Source: Verrucomicrobiota bacterium
GTDB taxonomy: Bacteria; Verrucomicrobiota; Verrucomicrobiia; Limisphaerales; UBA11358
Assembly (NCBI GenBank): GCA_049516255.1
Contig: JBEKTH010000008.1
Coordinates: forward strand, 16,449-80,448
Direction of reading: 5' to 3'
Length of the DNA stretch: 64,000 nucleotides
The first letter of the stretch is position 1. Each line of letters starts with the position of its first letter. Made by a program: the position numbers and the translations under genes. Positions 37,021 to 44,699 of the stretch are shown here, one piece after another. The notes under the pieces are model-generated. The model saw nothing but the letters and a program-made list of their open reading frames with translations. It was not told where the DNA came from and searched no databases.

Positions 37021-37542
37021 ATGGATGAACCGGTCATTGACCTGCACAGCGATGATTATTTCATGGGCGAAGCGCTGCGCCAGGCAGCCAGGGCTTGCGA
37101 GGCGGGCGAGGTTCCGATCGGCGCGGTCATCGTGCGCGAAGGGCGTGTCATTGCCCGGGCGTTCAATCAGGTTGAACTGCTCAAGGATGCCACCGCGCAC
37201 GCGGAAATGCTGGCCCTCACCCAGGCAGAGGAGGTCATGGGGGACTGGCGGCTGACCGATTGCACGCTTTATGTGACAAAGGAGCCGTGCCCGATGTGCG
37301 CCGGGGCGATCGTGCACACGCGGCTGGCGCGTGTGGTGTTCGGCGCGAGCGACTTGAAGGCCGGCGCCGCCGGCAGCGCAATGAACCTGCTGCAGTTTCC
37401 CACGCTGAACCATCGTTGTGAAATCACCCGGGGTGTTTGCGAGGCGGAATGCCGCGCACTGTTGCAGAACTTTTTTGCGGCCCAACGGCTTTTGCCGAAG
37501 CCCAGGCGCAGCCCTGATGTTCCCCGGGAACGGCCGGAATGA
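37021..37542 (+). CDS. tadA: tRNA adenosine(34) deaminase
   Basis: CDA zinc motifs HAEMLAL and PCPMCAGA. ~173 aa. Confidence 0.9.
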   Translation: MDEPVIDLHSDDYFMGEALRQAARACEAGEVPIGAVIVREGRVIARAFNQVELLKDATAHAEMLALTQAEEVMGDWRLTDCTLYVTKEPCPMCAGAIVHTRLARVVFGASDLKAGAAGSAMNLLQFPTLNHRCEITRGVCEAECRALLQNFFAAQRLLPKPRRSPDVPRERPE

Positions 37543-37621
37543 AATGCCGGTTGTGCCTGGAATCCAGGGCGGTCACGGGTGGCATCGGATTCCGCCATTT
37601 GCAACGGAAAAGGCACGCCCC

Positions 37622-37655
37622 AAAAAAAGCAAGGCACCCCAACGGGATGCCTTGT
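37622..37655 (-). terminator. Rho-independent terminator of the H-X9-DG prepilin-like gene
   Basis: On the minus strand, caaggca / tcccgttgggg / tgccttg is followed by c and then a run of seven T. Located 29 nt after the stop. Confidence 0.7.
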
Positions 37656-37683
37656 GAATGATTGAATGTGGGAATGAAACTGT

Positions 37684-38490
37684 TTATTGCGGGAAATTAT
37701 ACCACAGGGCAGTCCCTACACTATTGGTGGCCTGCTCCAAGGCGGTTACCAATGTTGCGGGTGTTTCCTGCTGCGCGCTTCCGTCGGCCAGGCCGACATT
37801 GCCCTCAGCCAGATGCAGGTCCCCGGAAGTATACGACCAATTGGCCAATCCGGTGGTCGTCACGGGAACGGAGTTGGCTTGTAGACCAGGTCCAGTACTG
37901 CCGGTTGTGAGGCCATTGCCTGAGCCCTTGAACATCGACGTGAGGGCGCCCAAAGCGCAAATATTGCGGTCACCGGTCAGGAGTGCCTGGGGCTGGGTAT
38001 CAATCGCATCACCACCAACAAAATAGCTCACGTAGCTTGATCCTGCAGTGTTTGCCGTGTCAGGGGGAGTGCTGGCGGCATTATAACTAGTGATAAATTC
38101 CGCATCCCAATTCGTGGCGGCGTTGCGAATGCTGTCCGACGGACACAAGCACAATTTAGGATCGCTGACGGTATTCGACATGACCGCAAAAACCATCGCC
38201 GGAGAATAAATTCCGAGGTTTGCCACATTTGCCGCGCTGTTAACGTAATCCTTGGCGCCGCCCTGGGTATTAGGGACCGTCATGGCGTATTGCCCGTTGT
38301 TATCGTCCCCCCAAACCCGGAAGGCAATGCCCAGTTGCCGGAGGTTGCTCACGCAACTGATGCGTTGCGCCTTGCGTTTGGCCGCGGCCAGCGCCGGCAG
38401 CAACATGGCCGCCAGAATGGCGATGATGGCGATCACCACGAGGAGTTCAATCAGGGTGAAAGCCTTTTGTCGTTTTAGAATTCTTTTCAT
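37684..38490 (-). CDS. Prepilin-type N-terminal cleavage/methylation protein with H-X9-DG motif (DUF1559-like)
   Basis: [47 protein letters not shown]-terminus. C-terminal [12 protein letters not shown] fits H-X9-DG. Confidence 0.88.
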   Translation of the reverse strand: MKRILKRQKAFTLIELLVVIAIIAILAAMLLPALAAAKRKAQRISCVSNLRQLGIAFRVWGDDNNGQYAMTVPNTQGGAKDYVNSAANVANLGIYSPAMVFAVMSNTVSDPKLCLCPSDSIRNAATNWDAEFITSYNAASTPPDTANTAGSSYVSYFVGGDAIDTQPQALLTGDRNICALGALTSMFKGSGNGLTTGSTGPGLQANSVPVTTTGLANWSYTSGDLHLAEGNVGLADGSAQQETPATLVTALEQATNSVGTALWYNFPQ

Positions 38491-38769
38491 AACTTGACTG
38501 GATGTTTGTTTTTTCGTTCGAGTGACAGTTGACGCAACCTATCGGAATTGAACGGACTGTCAATACACTTTACAGGAAAATCTTTAGCACTGGCGATGCC
38601 AAATCAAAAAATACAAAATCGCCATGAAAATTGAATTCCTGCGCAACCAAACCCCGGTTGCGCGCAAAATTTTCACGCAACGCGCGTGAAAACCACGCGC
38701 CGGCACGCGTCCCGGCCGGCTAAAATCTCATTTACAGCCGTGCGCTCATCGCAAACACTGGCCAACCCA

Positions 38770-40737
38770 ATGGCTGAATCAAAAGAAAATGTCCTGATGG
38801 AAAAAATCGTGTCGTTGTGCAAGCGGCGCGGATTTATTTATCAATCCTCCGAGATTTACAGCGGCATCAACGGCTTTTGGGACTACGGCCCGCTCGGCGC
38901 GGAACTCAAGCGCAACGTCAAGGAACTCTGGTGGAACGCCATGACCCGCCAGCGCGACGATGTGGTCGGCCTTGAAGCCACCATCATCATGTCGCCGCAA
39001 ATCTGGAAGGCCAGCGGCCACGTGGATACATTCGCGGATTTGATGGTGGAAGACCCGTTAACAAATAAACGCTACAGAGCAGATCAAGTTGAACCGCAAT
39101 CAGGAGTCGTCTATCACTTTGCGGGTGTTATCGATTTGAATGATAAGTTCCGCCCAAAGAATCTCCAAATTGTCGAAACGAGCGAAATTATCGTCCACGA
39201 AAAGGTTATAACGTTTCCCAAATTACATGCATTAAATGGCTACGCCATAAATGAATTACTTTCTCTTCGAGAACGGGAATTGGCAAGGATTGAAAAAGTG
39301 GTCGGACGTGAAGCCGCGAACATATTACTCAAGCAGGAGCAAATCCTGCCTTTTTCCGTTCTTTTACCCTTAAAGAAGGCTTCAGAAGAAGCCGCGAAGA
39401 AAAGGGCTTATGAATATTACCATACAAAGTGGAGAATTCTAAATCCCTATTACGTCGGAATGATTCGGGAAGAAATAAATGACACGACGGATTACAGCCC
39501 TGACAGCGGAGCACGACTGACCTATCCACGCCCTTTCAATTTAATGTTTAAAACGTATGTCGGGCCGGTTGAGAGCGAGGATAATGTCGCCTATCTCCGC
39601 CCGGAGACCGCGCAGGCGATTTTCGCGCAGTTCAAGAACGTGTATGAAACGTCGCGCCAGAAGGTCCCCTTTGGCATTGCCCAGGTGGGCAAGGCATTCC
39701 GCAACGAGGTTACGCCGCGCAATTTCACCTTCCGCTCCCGCGAGTTTGAACAGATGGAACTGGAATTTTTCATCAAGCCGGACGAAGTCGTTGAAGCAAT
39801 CAAAGGCCAGGTGATGCCCGGCGCTGAACTCGACACTCGACACCCGACACTCGACACTTCTTCGTGGGGCTGGGAAGCGTGGCATAAATACTGGGTGGAG
39901 GAACGCATCCGCTTCTACGAAAGCATCGGCCTGCCGCGACATTCGCTGGTGGAGTATTGGCAAAAGCCGGAGGAACTGGCGCATTACGCCCGCGCCTGCG
40001 TGGACATACTGTTCACCTTCCCGTTTGGCACGCAGGAGCTGGAAGGCATCGCCGCGCGGAGCGATTTCGACCTGAGCCAGCATGAACGCTTTTCGGGCAA
40101 ACCGATGGGCGTGTTCGATGAGGAACTCCGCGCCGCCTGGGGCAAATTATCGAAGGAAAAACAGGACGAATTGTGGCGGCGCTACTACGAAAACCGTAAA
40201 AAATATCTGCTCAAAATGGGCGTGGCGGAAGAAACGGCCGTGCAGGACGCCACCGAGGACGCCAACGGCCTGGCGAAGGGCCAATATATTCCGCACGTCA
40301 TTGAACCTTCGGCAGGCGTGGATCGTCTAATTCTGGCCTTGATTGCCAATGCTTACAGTGAAGACCAGATGCCGGACGAGAAGGGCAAGCTGGAGACACG
40401 GGTGGTGCTGAAATTTCATCCGCGGGTCGCTCCCATCAAGGCGGCGGTGCTGCCCTTGCTCAAAAACAAGCCCGAACTGGTGAAGAAAGCACAGGAAGTG
40501 CGTGACCGGTTGCGTCCGTGGATGAACGTGTTTTATGACGACGCGGGCGCCATCGGCCGGCGCTACCGCCGCCAGGATGAAGCGGGCACGCCGTTCTGCA
40601 TCACGATCGACTTTGACACGCTCGGCGAGAAGCCGGAGTTGCAGGACACGGTCACGGTGCGCCACCGCGACGACGGCCAGCAGGAACGGCTGGCCATCGG
40701 GGAACTGTTAAACTGGTTGCTGCCGAAAATCCGCTGA
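38770..40737 (+). CDS. glyQS: Glycine--tRNA ligase (alpha2 type) with expanded insertion regions
   Basis: LCKRRGFIYQSSEIYSGINGFWDYGPLG, FNLMFKTYVGP, YLRPETAQ, GKAFRNEVTPRNFTFRSREFEQMELEFF, IEPSAGVDR, and the anticodon-binding C-terminus. At ~655 aa it is about 150 aa longer than the Thermus enzyme I recall. Confidence 0.92.
   Translation: MAESKENVLMEKIVSLCKRRGFIYQSSEIYSGINGFWDYGPLGAELKRNVKELWWNAMTRQRDDVVGLEATIIMSPQIWKASGHVDTFADLMVEDPLTNKRYRADQVEPQSGVVYHFAGVIDLNDKFRPKNLQIVETSEIIVHEKVITFPKLHALNGYAINELLSLRERELARIEKVVGREAANILLKQEQILPFSVLLPLKKASEEAAKKRAYEYYHTKWRILNPYYVGMIREEINDTTDYSPDSGARLTYPRPFNLMFKTYVGPVESEDNVAYLRPETAQAIFAQFKNVYETSRQKVPFGIAQVGKAFRNEVTPRNFTFRSREFEQMELEFFIKPDEVVEAIKGQVMPGAELDTRHPTLDTSSWGWEAWHKYWVEERIRFYESIGLPRHSLVEYWQKPEELAHYARACVDILFTFPFGTQELEGIAARSDFDLSQHERFSGKPMGVFDEELRAAWGKLSKEKQDELWRRYYENRKKYLLKMGVAEETAVQDATEDANGLAKGQYIPHVIEPSAGVDRLILALIANAYSEDQMPDEKGKLETRVVLKFHPRVAPIKAAVLPLLKNKPELVKKAQEVRDRLRPWMNVFYDDAGAIGRRYRRQDEAGTPFCITIDFDTLGEKPELQDTVTVRHRDDGQQERLAIGELLNWLLPKIR
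39828..39856. repeat. Tandem heptamer array, 4 units of ACYCGAC (actcgac actcgac acccgac actcgac) inside glyQS
   Basis: Read directly from the sequence. Same CTCGAC core as 36994-37014. Encodes ELDTRHPTLDTS in frame. Confidence 0.9.
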
Positions 40738-41267
40738 TGACCGAAAACGCAAAACCGTCCCTCCGGAAGAAGCCCGCGCCGACACTGTACTTTATTATTG
40801 CAGTCAAGCTGATCAAGGCGGCGGTGCTGATTCTGCTGGCGCTGGGCGTCTTTTCACTGGCGAACCGGGATTTATCCGACGTGTTCGACCAATTTTTGCG
40901 GTGGGTGCATCTCGATCCGGAACGGACCTTTTTTGCCAGCATCGGCGATTGGCTGGATACGATCACGCCGACGAACGTGCGCGTGTTCGCGTCGGGCACA
41001 TTTCTCTGCGGATTGTTCCTGCTGGTTGAGAGCCTGGGGCTGGTGTGGCGGGCGAGATGGGCCATCTGGCTGGCGATTGGGGAATCGGCATTTTTCATCC
41101 CCATCGAGGTCTTTGAACTGGTGCACCGCCGGCCCGAATTGACGGGCCAGATGCGACCCATGTTCACCCAACCCAAAATCGGACTGGCCATCGTGCTGGC
41201 GTTGAACGTGTTGATCGTCTGGTATTTGTTTGAAAACCGGCAACGGCTCTTCCGGCATCACGGCTGA
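40737..41267 (+). CDS. DUF2127-family membrane protein
   Basis: LYFIIAVKLIKAAVLILLALGVFSL...WVHLDPE...LVESLGLVWRARWAIWLAIGESAFFIPIEVFEL matches the family pattern. Confidence 0.75.
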   Translation: MTENAKPSLRKKPAPTLYFIIAVKLIKAAVLILLALGVFSLANRDLSDVFDQFLRWVHLDPERTFFASIGDWLDTITPTNVRVFASGTFLCGLFLLVESLGLVWRARWAIWLAIGESAFFIPIEVFELVHRRPELTGQMRPMFTQPKIGLAIVLALNVLIVWYLFENRQRLFRHHG

Positions 41268-41322
41268 CCGTGCCGGAAATTTCCCGTTTCCAATTCCGCC
41301 CCGGACCAGCCATCCTCTTTTT

Positions 41323-42084
41323 GTGACCACGCGTGAAGCCATACAACTTTTGGAAGCGTATCGCGCCGGAAAAATGACCCGCGACCGCGTCCTGCGCGCC
41401 TTTCAATCCGCGCCGTTAGCCGACCTTGGCTTTGCCCAGGTGGATACACATCGTGCCCTGCGCAAGGGTTTTCCCGAGGTGATTTTTGGTTCCGGTAAAA
41501 CGCCGGATCAGACGGTCAAAATCGCCGCGAACATCCTGACCCAGGAACAACGCGTGTTACTCACCCGCGTCGCGCCCGAACATGCCCGGGCGCTGCGCAA
41601 AAAATTCAAGCAGGCGGTTCACCACCCCATCGCCCGTTGTGTGACCATCGAGAAAAGGCCGTTGCCGAAACGGCCCGGTGCCATCGCCGTCATTTGCGCC
41701 GGCACGAGTGACCTGCCGGTGGCCGAGGAAGCGGCCGTGACCGCCGAAATCATGGGCAACCGGGTCGAACGCGTCCGGGACGCCGGGGTTTCAGGCCTGC
41801 ACCGGCTCCTGCCGCATTTTGAAACGATTCAAAGCGCGAACGTCTTGATTGTCGTCGCCGGCATGGAAGGCGCGCTGCCCAGCGTCGTCGCCGGCCTGGT
41901 TTCCCGGCCGGTGATCGCCGTGCCGACAAGCATCGGTTACGGCGCGAGTTTTGGCGGGGTGGCGGCGTTGCTGGCGATGTTGAACAGTTGTGCCAGCGGC
42001 GTGACGGTGGTGAACATAGACAACGGCTTTGGGGCCGGTTACGCCGCGAGCCAGATCAACATGATTTGTAGCGGCGGTCTGTGA
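41323..42084 (+). CDS. larB: Nickel-pincer cofactor biosynthesis protein LarB (AIR carboxylase-like)
   Basis: VDTHRALRKGFPEVIFGSGKT and VICAGTSDLPVAEEA motifs. Start uncertain (GTG at 41323 chosen, after the DUF2127 stop). The last 5 codons and the stop lie inside the left REP-like repeat. Confidence 0.8.
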   Translation: MTTREAIQLLEAYRAGKMTRDRVLRAFQSAPLADLGFAQVDTHRALRKGFPEVIFGSGKTPDQTVKIAANILTQEQRVLLTRVAPEHARALRKKFKQAVHHPIARCVTIEKRPLPKRPGAIAVICAGTSDLPVAEEAAVTAEIMGNRVERVRDAGVSGLHRLLPHFETIQSANVLIVVAGMEGALPSVVAGLVSRPVIAVPTSIGYGASFGGVAALLAMLNSCASGVTVVNIDNGFGAGYAASQINMICSGGL

Positions 42085-42094
42085 CCGCCGCAAA
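42067..42094. repeat. REP-like palindromic element, left copy
   Basis: Contains a 9-bp stem hairpin: gcggcggtc tgt gaccgccgc (42071-42091). Confidence 0.9.
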
Positions 42095-42099
42095 TTCCT

Positions 42100-42588
42100 A
42101 TGGAACGTCTACATCGCCTGGAGTGGTTGCATATCAAAAATCCGGTTTACTTTGTGACCTTTTGCACGGAAGGCCGGAGGACGATTCTCGCCCATCAATC
42201 AGTCCATGGGGCTTTTGTTCATTTTTGCCACGAGGCGCTAAAGCGGGACATTTTTGTCGGCCGGTCTATTTTGATGCCCGATCCTATTCATCTGTTGGTT
42301 AAACTGCCACCACCGTCCAAGAACCCCTCCCGCTGGATCAAAAGTCTGAAGAATTGTTTGTCGAAGGCGTTGAGATGCTGCAACGTGGTCGCCCCGCATT
42401 GGCAGAAAGGATTTTTTGACCATGTCCTGCGTTCAACTGAATCTTATTCGGAAAAGTGGCTTTACATGGTTGAAAATTCGGTTCGTGCCGGTTTGGTAAC
42501 TGACTGGACACCATGGCCGTATCAGGGAGAAATACAACCCCTGCGTCTGGATGAAAGTTTGCGGCGGTCACAGACCGCCGCTACATGA
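42100..42588 (+). CDS. REP-associated tyrosine transposase-like protein (IS200/Y1 transposase fold)
   Basis: YFVTFCT, MPDPIHLLV (the HUH position reads P-I-H), WQKGFFDHVLRS, and the Tyr motif KWLYMVENSVRAGLV. Confidence 0.8.
   Translation: MERLHRLEWLHIKNPVYFVTFCTEGRRTILAHQSVHGAFVHFCHEALKRDIFVGRSILMPDPIHLLVKLPPPSKNPSRWIKSLKNCLSKALRCCNVVAPHWQKGFFDHVLRSTESYSEKWLYMVENSVRAGLVTDWTPWPYQGEIQPLRLDESLRRSQTAAT
42558..42585. repeat. REP-like palindromic element, right copy (inverted)
   Basis: gcggcggtc aca gaccgccgc (42561-42581). Overlaps the last codons of the RAYT-like ORF. Confidence 0.9.
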
Positions 42589-42589
42589 C

Positions 42590-43882
42590 ATGAAAACGCT
42601 TTATCTCGATCTGTTCAGCGGCATCAGCGGCGACATGTTTGTCGGCGCGCTGATTGATTTGGGCGTGGCTCCGGACAAACTGGAGCGTGAGTTGAAAAAA
42701 ATGAAGCTCGACGGCTGGCACCTCCACGTTCACCGCCAACAAAAGTCGGGCATTGCCGGTGTGAAGTTCGACGTCCATCTGGCCGGCGCCCATGAACATC
42801 ACCGCGAGCACGAACCCCATCACGCATCACGCATCACGCATCACGGCCACCATCATCACCATGAGGAAAACCGGACCTTTGAGGAAATCCAACGCCTCAT
42901 TTCCCGCAGCCGGCTTTCAAATTGGGTGAAGAAAAAATCCATTGCCGTGTTCCAACGCATCGCGCAGGCCGAGGGAAAGATCCATGGCCTGCCACCGGCG
43001 CGCGTGCATTTCCACGAGGTCGGCGCGGTGGACTCGATGGTGGACATCGTGGGCGCCTGTGTGGCGCTGGAGCTGCTCGGCAAACCACGCGTGCTCGCGT
43101 CGCCGGTCATCGAAGGCACCGGCTGGATTGACTGTGCGCACGGGCATTTTCCGGTTCCCGCGCCGGCCACGCTGGCGATTCTCGGCACCCGCGGCATCGG
43201 CCTGACCCAATGCGATGAACCGCACGAACTGGTCACCCCCACGGGCGCGGCGTTGCTGGCCGAATTCGCCGAAGGCTTCGGGCCGATGCAAAATCTGGTC
43301 GCCGAAAAGACCGGATTTGGTTTGGGCACGCGGGAGAACCAAACGCGGCCCAATGTTTTGCGCGCCGTGCTCGGCAAGGCGTCCGCAGTCCACAGTCCAA
43401 AATCCAAGGTTGAAACAACCAGTTCGCCTGGGCCGGATTGGGAAACGGACGTCATCGTGGTTCTGGAAACCAATCTGGATGACACCAACCCGGAAATGCT
43501 CGGCTATTTTGTCGAAACCGCGCTGGCGGCGGGTGCGCTGGACGTTTTTTACACCCCGGTTCAGATGAAGAAGAACCGGCCCGGCGTGTTGCTCACGGTC
43601 TTGTGCGTGGAATCGGAAGCGGACAAGTTCAGCGAAATGATTTTATGCGAGACCGGTGCGTTTGGCGTGCGCCGAACCGTGGCGGAGCGGCGCAAACTGC
43701 GGCGGGAATTCATTGAGGTCAAAACCCCATTTGGCAAAATCACCGTAAAATTGGGGACGTTTAACGAAAAAGTCGTTCACGCCGCACCGGAGTTCGAATC
43801 GTGCAAGAAGCTGGCGGCCCGGGCGAGGGTTCCATTAAAACAGGTCTATGAAGCAGCGAACCGGGCCCTGGGGGCAAAGTAA
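42590..43882 (+). CDS. larC: Nickel insertion protein LarC (DUF111 family)
   Basis: MKTLYLDLFSGISGDMFVGALIDLG N-terminus, His-rich segment HEHHREHEPHH..HHGHHHHHEE, FHEVGAVDS. Confidence 0.88.
   Translation: MKTLYLDLFSGISGDMFVGALIDLGVAPDKLERELKKMKLDGWHLHVHRQQKSGIAGVKFDVHLAGAHEHHREHEPHHASRITHHGHHHHHEENRTFEEIQRLISRSRLSNWVKKKSIAVFQRIAQAEGKIHGLPPARVHFHEVGAVDSMVDIVGACVALELLGKPRVLASPVIEGTGWIDCAHGHFPVPAPATLAILGTRGIGLTQCDEPHELVTPTGAALLAEFAEGFGPMQNLVAEKTGFGLGTRENQTRPNVLRAVLGKASAVHSPKSKVETTSSPGPDWETDVIVVLETNLDDTNPEMLGYFVETALAAGALDVFYTPVQMKKNRPGVLLTVLCVESEADKFSEMILCETGAFGVRRTVAERRKLRREFIEVKTPFGKITVKLGTFNEKVVHAAPEFESCKKLAARARVPLKQVYEAANRALGAK
42818..42845. repeat. Perfect tandem heptamer array, catcacg x4, inside the larC His-rich region
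   Basis: Read directly from the sequence. Encodes HHASRITHH in frame. Confidence 0.9.
43381..43408. repeat. Degenerate tandem heptamer array (gtccgca gtccaca gtccaaa atccaag) inside larC
   Basis: Read directly from the sequence. Encodes SAVHSPKSK in frame. Confidence 0.75.
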
Positions 43883-44009
43883 TAATCATGTTTATTTTCC
43901 TTGCTTAAAGGCCGGTGAATTGCTTAATTACCTGCTGTAATCTATTTTGGCAGTTGCCGGTTTTTTTGATGCAGAACCATTCAGTAAAGTCACAACCGAC
44001 GAGGGTTTC

Positions 44010-44699
44010 TTGAGCCGCCCTTTTGCCCCACGCACTTTCTCTTCCGCCTCGTTCGTCCGGGTCAACGGCAAAATCCGCGCTCGCGAAGTCCGGGTCATTG
44101 ACGCCCACGAGAAGAACATCGGCGTGCTTTCGCTCAACGACGCGCTGGCGCTGGCACGGCAGCACGGCGTGGACCTGGTGGAAATTTCCCCCAACGCGAC
44201 CCCGCCCGTGTGCCGGGTCGTGGACTTCGGCAAGTTCCGTTACGAGCAGGCCAAAAAGGAAAAGGAATCAAAAAAACACCAGCACGCCTCGACGGTGAAG
44301 GAAATTCAACTCAGCCCGCGCATTGACCCGCACGACCTGGGCATCAAAGTCATCCATGCGGTTGATTTCCTGTGCGAGGACATGAAGGTGAAAATCGCGC
44401 TGAAATTCCGGGGACGCGAAATGGCACACACCGAATTCGGATTCCAGGTCATCCGCAAATTCCTGGCCGAACTGGCGCCCTATGGGCACCCCGACTTCGA
44501 ACCCAAACTCATCGGCCGCGGCATCAACGTGATGGTCAGCCCGCTGCCGCGCAACAAGCGCGCAAAAAAACCCGGGGCGGCGGCCGGTGCCCACGCACCC
44601 GCGCCGGCGAACAATCACGCCCCCGTGCCGCCGGCATCGGCCGGGCAAAAAACCGGCGGTTTTACGAACAACCCGTTCGCAAAGGTGGAGGCTGAGTAG
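44010..44699 (+). CDS. infC: Translation initiation factor IF-3
   Basis: NGKIRAREVRVID...VDLVEISPNATPPVCRVVDFGKFRYE and the C-terminal domain. Start ambiguous: the only in-frame candidates upstream of the conserved core are TTG at 44010 and TTG at 43947. Confidence 0.85.
   Translation: MSRPFAPRTFSSASFVRVNGKIRAREVRVIDAHEKNIGVLSLNDALALARQHGVDLVEISPNATPPVCRVVDFGKFRYEQAKKEKESKKHQHASTVKEIQLSPRIDPHDLGIKVIHAVDFLCEDMKVKIALKFRGREMAHTEFGFQVIRKFLAELAPYGHPDFEPKLIGRGINVMVSPLPRNKRAKKPGAAAGAHAPAPANNHAPVPPASAGQKTGGFTNNPFAKVEAE

Larger units (their letters stand above)
42067..42585 (+). mobile_element. REPtron-like unit: RAYT-like gene bracketed by 28-nt perfect inverted hairpin repeats
   Basis: tgtagcggcggtctgtgaccgccgcaaa at 42067-42094, and its exact reverse complement at 42558-42585. 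Confidence 0.8.

Noticed and set aside
39050-39530. Intein or mobile intron as the explanation for the low-GC glyQS insert
   Set aside because: The reading frame is continuous. There is no Cys/Ser-start or His-Asn-end splice motif and no endonuclease (LAGLIDADG or HNH) motif. The position coincides with the naturally variable GlyRS insertion domain.
36924-43408. Considered whether the short tandem arrays could be a CRISPR or mini-CRISPR
   Set aside because: The units are 7 nt with no spacers, there are only 3-4 copies, and they are located in coding sequence. No cas genes are present in the window.
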